This document shows positions 19,022 through 23,410 of a stretch of DNA of 23,410 bases, piece by piece. Made by a program: the position numbers and the translations under genes. This DNA is from an uncultured bacterium (GTDB lineage: Bacteria > Schekmanbacteria > GWA2-38-11 > J061), in the NCBI GenBank assembly GCA_964549305.1, contig CAZJVM010000041.1, forward strand, positions 1 to 23,410. The letters run 5' to 3'. A model generated the notes under the pieces. That model saw nothing but the letters and a program-made list of their open reading frames with translations. It searched no databases and had not been told where the DNA came from. Each line of letters opens with the position of its first letter. The first letter of the stretch is position 1.

Positions 19022-20815
19022 TTAAATCGCGTCATACATTTCATCAATCAGTTTGCTGTATTTTTCAGTTACAAATTTCCTCTTCAGTTTAAATGTGGGA
19101 GTAAGCTCTCCCCCTTCCACGGAAAATTCTCCCGCAAGGAGTCTGAAATTTTTTATTTTCTCGTGAGACTCTAACTCCGCATTGATTGTTGAAATCAGTT
19201 TTTTATATGATTCTTTTACCTCGTCACCGAGAATAATTCCCTCATAATCAACTTCACCGAAATCGGAATTTCTGAAAGTTTTAAAAATATAATTCCTCTC
19301 CGGCACTATAAGCGCCGTTATAAATTTTTTCCTGTCTCCGATGACAATTGCATTTACAATCGCTTCATTATGGGTAAGCAGGGATTCAAGTCTCTGAGGA
19401 GCGACATATTTTCCGCTCGATGTCTTTATAAGCTCTTTAATCCTGTCAGTAATAACAAGATAATTTTCATCATCAAGATAACCCGCGTCACCGGTATGAA
19501 ACCATCCTTCTTTGTCAATAACCTCATCCGTAGATTTTTTGTCTTCGAAATATCCCTTCATAACTACCTGCCCTCTGACGAGGATTTCATTGTTTTCCGC
19601 GATTGATATATCCGCGCATTTCAACGGTTGCCCTACTGTGCCGTGCTTAACCTTTTCACGCCGGTTTAAAGTTACGGCGCAGCAAGTTTCCGTAAGTCCG
19701 TATCCTTCCTGAATTATAAGCCCCATCTTCTCGAAAAAAAGCGCTATATCTTTGCTTAACGGAGCGCCTCCCGAGATAAGCGTATGCAGTCTTCCTCCGA
19801 GCTTATCCTTTATTCTGGAAAAGAGAAATTTCTCCGCCAAAAATCTTTTAAAGGCAATTACCGGCGGTACGCTTTTACTGCTTTTTCGGGTTTTTTCATA
19901 CTTTTCACCTGTCGCAAGACACCACCTAAGCAGTTTCTCCCTGTATCCCGATGAGCATTCTTCCATTATCGATGAATATATCTTGTCAAAGACTCTCGGA
20001 ACACCGACAAGCAAAGTGGGTTTTATTTCAACAAGGTTTTTTGAAAGTGCTTCGGGTCTGTCAGGAAAAAAAATTGACCTCCCTTTAAAAAGAAGAAAAT
20101 AATCTACAAGTCTCGCAAGCACGTGGCTTAAAGGAAGAAATGAAATAATGCTGTCTCCTTCGCAAGTGCCGATGGCATCGTCAAGAGCGGATATTTCCGC
20201 CATAATGTTACCCTGAGATATTTCAACGCCTTTGGGCACTCCGGTGGTACCTGATGTGTAAATGATTGACGCTGTATCGTCAACGGATAATTTATCGATG
20301 TAATCACAAATTTCGAATTCATTATTTTCCAATGCCGATTTTCCCTTCTCCATAATTTCATCAAAGGAAATATTTTCGTATTCATCAAATAATTTCTTTC
20401 CCGGGGAATCGTCGATTATAAAGAGAGTATCTTTGTAACTGCCTGTCGTAAACACCGGCATTTTCGAAAGGGCGTTGTAATCGGAGAGGTAAATGAATTT
20501 AGGAGAAGTCTGGCTGATTATAAACTCCAAATGCTCACTTGAAATATTGCGGTATAAGGGCACATTGGTTACTCCTGTAAATAGGCAGGCGAAATCCGCA
20601 ATAATCCACTCAGGCGAGTTTGCGTGCATTATGATAAACTTGTCCCCCTTCCGCGCGCCCGTCTTTATCAATCCCGCGGAAAACCGGACAACTCTTTCGA
20701 CAAATTCCTGATATTTAATCGAGTGATATTTCCCCTCGTGACAATATGAAAGTGCGGCACAATCCTTGTATTTTTTATACTCCTTGAAAAATGAAAGCGA
20801 GAAAGTTTTTTTCAT
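19022..20815 (-). CDS. Long-chain fatty acid--CoA ligase (AMP-dependent synthetase, FAA1-like)
   Basis: 'IIYTSGTTGVPKG', 'SFLPLSH', 'GVPRVFDK', 'SGGAPL', 'EGYGLTE', 'WFHTGD', 'GELTPTFKLKR'. Confidence 0.92.
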   Translation of the reverse strand: MKKTFSLSFFKEYKKYKDCAALSYCHEGKYHSIKYQEFVERVVRFSAGLIKTGARKGDKFIIMHANSPEWIIADFACLFTGVTNVPLYRNISSEHLEFIISQTSPKFIYLSDYNALSKMPVFTTGSYKDTLFIIDDSPGKKLFDEYENISFDEIMEKGKSALENNEFEICDYIDKLSVDDTASIIYTSGTTGVPKGVEISQGNIMAEISALDDAIGTCEGDSIISFLPLSHVLARLVDYFLLFKGRSIFFPDRPEALSKNLVEIKPTLLVGVPRVFDKIYSSIMEECSSGYREKLLRWCLATGEKYEKTRKSSKSVPPVIAFKRFLAEKFLFSRIKDKLGGRLHTLISGGAPLSKDIALFFEKMGLIIQEGYGLTETCCAVTLNRREKVKHGTVGQPLKCADISIAENNEILVRGQVVMKGYFEDKKSTDEVIDKEGWFHTGDAGYLDDENYLVITDRIKELIKTSSGKYVAPQRLESLLTHNEAIVNAIVIGDRKKFITALIVPERNYIFKTFRNSDFGEVDYEGIILGDEVKESYKKLISTINAELESHEKIKNFRLLAGEFSVEGGELTPTFKLKRKFVTEKYSKLIDEMYDAI

Positions 20816-20909
20816 TCTTACATTACCGGTATTATGTCTAAGTTAAAATATTATCAGGTTACAAGAGACAGAAGTTCAGGCACCGAAAGAGTCAATACAC
20901 CCTATCTTA

Positions 20910-20927
20910 TTTTATTTGCAAATAAAA
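20910..20927. promoter_or_regulatory. Perfect 18-bp palindrome TTTTATTTGCAAATAAAA in the divergent acyl-CoA ligase/PilZ intergenic region
   Basis: Read directly from the sequence; any function as an operator is unproven. Confidence 0.35.
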
Positions 20928-20987
20928 GTTCATATTATCAATGGTTTTCCCGAATATTAAATTCGTTAATTTTCAATTAAAAAAATC

Positions 20988-21341
20988 ATGGAAATTGCTG
21001 AAAAAAAACAGAAAGAGCGCAGGGAATCACCGAGAGTAAATTCCCTGAATCTGCTTCATTACAACTTCTTCAATCAGCGTGAGTTTGACAAAAGACAGGG
21101 AATCGCAAGAACTATAAATGTGAGCGAAAACGGTATTCTCATAGAGTGCGGATATCCCTTCCCCATTCATTCCGTACTTGAGATATCTCTTGCCATAGGC
21201 GAAGAGTTACTCATTCTGAGAGGTGAAGTGGTCAGAGGAATGATAAGCGAAAACGACAATTATTACCTTGGGTTGAAATTCCACAAAATGTCACACAGAA
21301 GCAAACAAATCATTCTTAATTTCATCGTCAATCACACATAA
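20988..21341 (+). CDS. Stand-alone PilZ-domain protein (putative c-di-GMP receptor)
   Basis: RxxxR switch 'ERRESPR', (D/N)xSxxG 'NVSENG', and C-terminal beta-strands 'GEVVR...YLGLKF'. Confidence 0.85.
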   Translation: MEIAEKKQKERRESPRVNSLNLLHYNFFNQREFDKRQGIARTINVSENGILIECGYPFPIHSVLEISLAIGEELLILRGEVVRGMISENDNYYLGLKFHKMSHRSKQIILNFIVNHT

Positions 21342-21356
21342 AGGCACTTGTAAATT

Positions 21357-22163
21357 TCACCAACTCCAATCCATTCCACCGTCAACCGACAATACCTGCG
21401 CGGTAATATATGAAGCATCTTCCGAGGAAAGAAATGTAACTGCGCCTGCGATATCTTCCGCGGTACCCTGTCTTGGAATTAGGATATTCCCGTTTTCTAT
21501 CGATTGGTCAATTACCCATTTTACAAAAGAATTCTTCTCCATCATCATCTCTTCTTCAACTATATTGTAAAGGTTTGTCGCAACCATTCCCGGGGCAACG
21601 CTGTTTACCCTTATTCCCGCGCCTGAAGCGCACTTTGCCAAAGTTTTTGTAAAAGCTATTACCGATGCCTTTGAAGAAGCATAAGCGCCGGTCATATTTT
21701 TTATCGCTCTCCCCATTATCGATGATATGGTAACTACCGACCCTTTGACGCCGTTTTCCATCATATGAAGTATGGATGCCTTGGAAAAAAAGAATGCGCC
21801 TTTGACATTGACATCATAAACTCTGTCCCAATCCTCCACAGTCGCCTCGAGTGCGGACGACGCTTTATCGGATATGCCCGCGTTTGCAACGGCAATATCT
21901 ATATTCCCAAATTCCGATACTGATTTTTTAATCAACTCGTTTATTGAATCATTGTCAGAAACATCCACATAGATATAAGAAGCGCTACCCTTCTCAGCTT
22001 TAATTTCATTTTCAGTTTTTTTACCGCCTTCCTCATCGATATCCGCGACGACAACATTCGCGCCTTCGCCGGCAAACCTCCTGCATATGCCTATACCTAT
22101 TCCGCTTCCTCCTCCCGTCACAACCACATTCCTGCCGGAAAATCTTTTCAATCCTTTTTCCAT
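21357..22163 (-). CDS. Classical short-chain dehydrogenase/reductase (SDR)
   Basis: 'TGGGSGIG', 'VADID' (acidic residue suggests NAD preference), 'ANAG', catalytic 'YASSK', 'VNSVAPG', 'VDGG'. Confidence 0.92.
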   Translation of the reverse strand: MEKGLKRFSGRNVVVTGGGSGIGIGICRRFAGEGANVVVADIDEEGGKKTENEIKAEKGSASYIYVDVSDNDSINELIKKSVSEFGNIDIAVANAGISDKASSALEATVEDWDRVYDVNVKGAFFFSKASILHMMENGVKGSVVTISSIMGRAIKNMTGAYASSKASVIAFTKTLAKCASGAGIRVNSVAPGMVATNLYNIVEEEMMMEKNSFVKWVIDQSIENGNILIPRQGTAEDIAGAVTFLSSEDASYITAQVLSVDGGMDWSW

Positions 22164-22252
22164 GAAACATCTCCTTGTTAAGTATCTTAATTGAATTTTT
22201 TCTGAAATAATGATTTTAGAAGGTAATATCTATTTACCAAATTACAAAGGCA

Positions 22253-23389
22253 ATGATTTTTTTTAAAGATTTTATAAAAGCTGATTTTATTTCACGTCCA
22301 AACAGATTCATCGTTTTTTGCAGAATCAACGGGAAAAAAGTCAAAGCATACCTTCCCAATCCGGGACGTCTTCACGAATTATTCTTCAGTGGCGTGACTC
22401 TGTATCTTGAAAAGAATGACAAGGCGACAAGGGTAACGAAATACACGGTAATCGCAGTCGAACGCGACAATATTCCCATAATGCTTCACACGCACCGCAC
22501 AAATGACATAGTGGAACAACTTCTAAAAAAAGGATTGGTTCCCGGTTTCGGAAAAATCACTTCAATGAGGCGGGAAGTCAAACAAGGCAGAAGTCGTTTC
22601 GATTTTTTCATTGAATCGAAAAGCAAAAGCACATTTATTGAAGTTAAATCCTGCACACTTACAAGCAAATCAGTAGCAATGTTTCCCGATGCCGTTACTG
22701 CAAGGGGTAAAAAGCACCTTGAAGAATTGGCAGAACTGTCAACCAAATCACAAAAGGGAGTTGTCCTGTTTTTAATAAATTCTCCCTCTGCAACGATGTT
22801 TCTACCCGATTACCATACAGATCCGGATTTTGCGGAAACTATGCTCAAAGTAAGAAATAAGATATCCATTATCCCACTTGCCGTAAAATGGGATAAAATA
22901 ATGTCAATTGACTTATCGCAATTGCGAATTCTCAAAATACCGTGGAAAATTCTTGAAAGAGAATTCCGGGACAGCGGATGTTATTTTATAATTTTAAAAC
23001 TATCGAAACAAAAAATTATAAATGTGGGTAGTCTCGGCAAAATCAAATTTGAAAAAGGATATTACATATACACAGGTTCGGCGAAAAAAAATCTCGTAAA
23101 GAGAATCAAGAGGCATAGAAGCACGGGGAAAAAAACTTTCTGGCATATTGATTATTTGCGGGAGAAAGCTGAATTTATCACAGACCTCCCTATCCGCACA
23201 TCTGATGACATTGAATGTTCGCTTGCGCGGGATATGAAAAATATATCGGTAGAGGAAGTTTCAGGATTCGGATGTTCTGACTGCAAATGCTCATCTCATC
23301 TTTTCAGAATGAAGGACAATCCGCTTTCAAACAAGAAGTTTATGGAAGTCCTTTTATATTACAGACTCGAAAGAATTGTAAAAATGTAA
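22253..23389 (+). CDS. sfsA: SfsA-family nuclease fused to a C-terminal GIY-YIG (DUF123/COG1833-like) domain
   Basis: SfsA motifs 'RPNRF', 'LPNPGRL', 'SRFDF', 'FIEVKSCTL', 'FPDAVTARGKKHLEEL'. From about aa 240 (nt ~22970): 'GCYFIIL', 'GYYIYTGSA', 'RIKRH', 'WHIDYL', 'ECSLA', 'GFGCSDCKCSSHL'. Confidence 0.88.
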   Translation: MIFFKDFIKADFISRPNRFIVFCRINGKKVKAYLPNPGRLHELFFSGVTLYLEKNDKATRVTKYTVIAVERDNIPIMLHTHRTNDIVEQLLKKGLVPGFGKITSMRREVKQGRSRFDFFIESKSKSTFIEVKSCTLTSKSVAMFPDAVTARGKKHLEELAELSTKSQKGVVLFLINSPSATMFLPDYHTDPDFAETMLKVRNKISIIPLAVKWDKIMSIDLSQLRILKIPWKILEREFRDSGCYFIILKLSKQKIINVGSLGKIKFEKGYYIYTGSAKKNLVKRIKRHRSTGKKTFWHIDYLREKAEFITDLPIRTSDDIECSLARDMKNISVEEVSGFGCSDCKCSSHLFRMKDNPLSNKKFMEVLLYYRLERIVKM

Positions 23390-23410
23390 TAAAGAAAAAC
23401 CTGACCCCAT

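Noticed and set aside
20877..20895. Sigma54-like 'AGGCAC' upstream of the PilZ gene
   Set aside because: The -12 position reads GT rather than GC at the required spacing from GG.
23400..23408. CCTGACCCC at the window end, reminiscent of short motifs in REP-like intergenic repeats
   Set aside because: Only 9 bp, truncated by the window edge, with no partner arm visible; it cannot be supported.

Overview
AT-rich, gene-dense housekeeping region from a Gram-negative (LPS-making) bacterium. The gene order resembles Deltaproteobacteria/Desulfobacterota and related lineages; that taxonomy is an inference. Left end (minus strand): a MoxR AAA+ ATPase, DUF58 and TgpA-like transglutaminase triad, the last gene truncated by the window and missing from the ORF track. 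Next comes trxA (+), ending in a 15-bp hairpin shared with a convergent 17-gene minus-strand run of about 14 kb: kdsD-kdsC-lptC-lptA-lptB-rpoN-hpf-ptsN-hprK-EIIA/B/C/D(Man family)-ptsH-ptsI-metK-ahcY. Further right are a birA without an HTH domain, a long-chain acyl-CoA synthetase, a stand-alone PilZ protein, an SDR oxidoreductase and a two-nuclease SfsA::GIY-YIG (DUF123-like) fusion. I saw no mobile elements, CRISPR arrays, rRNA or tRNA. The most interesting points are the SfsA-GIY-YIG fusion, a complete mannose-family PTS permease inside the rpoN/lpt operon with no catabolic gene and no rapZ, and many TTG/GTG starts. I found no unambiguous new system; these are variants of known but poorly characterised arrangements.
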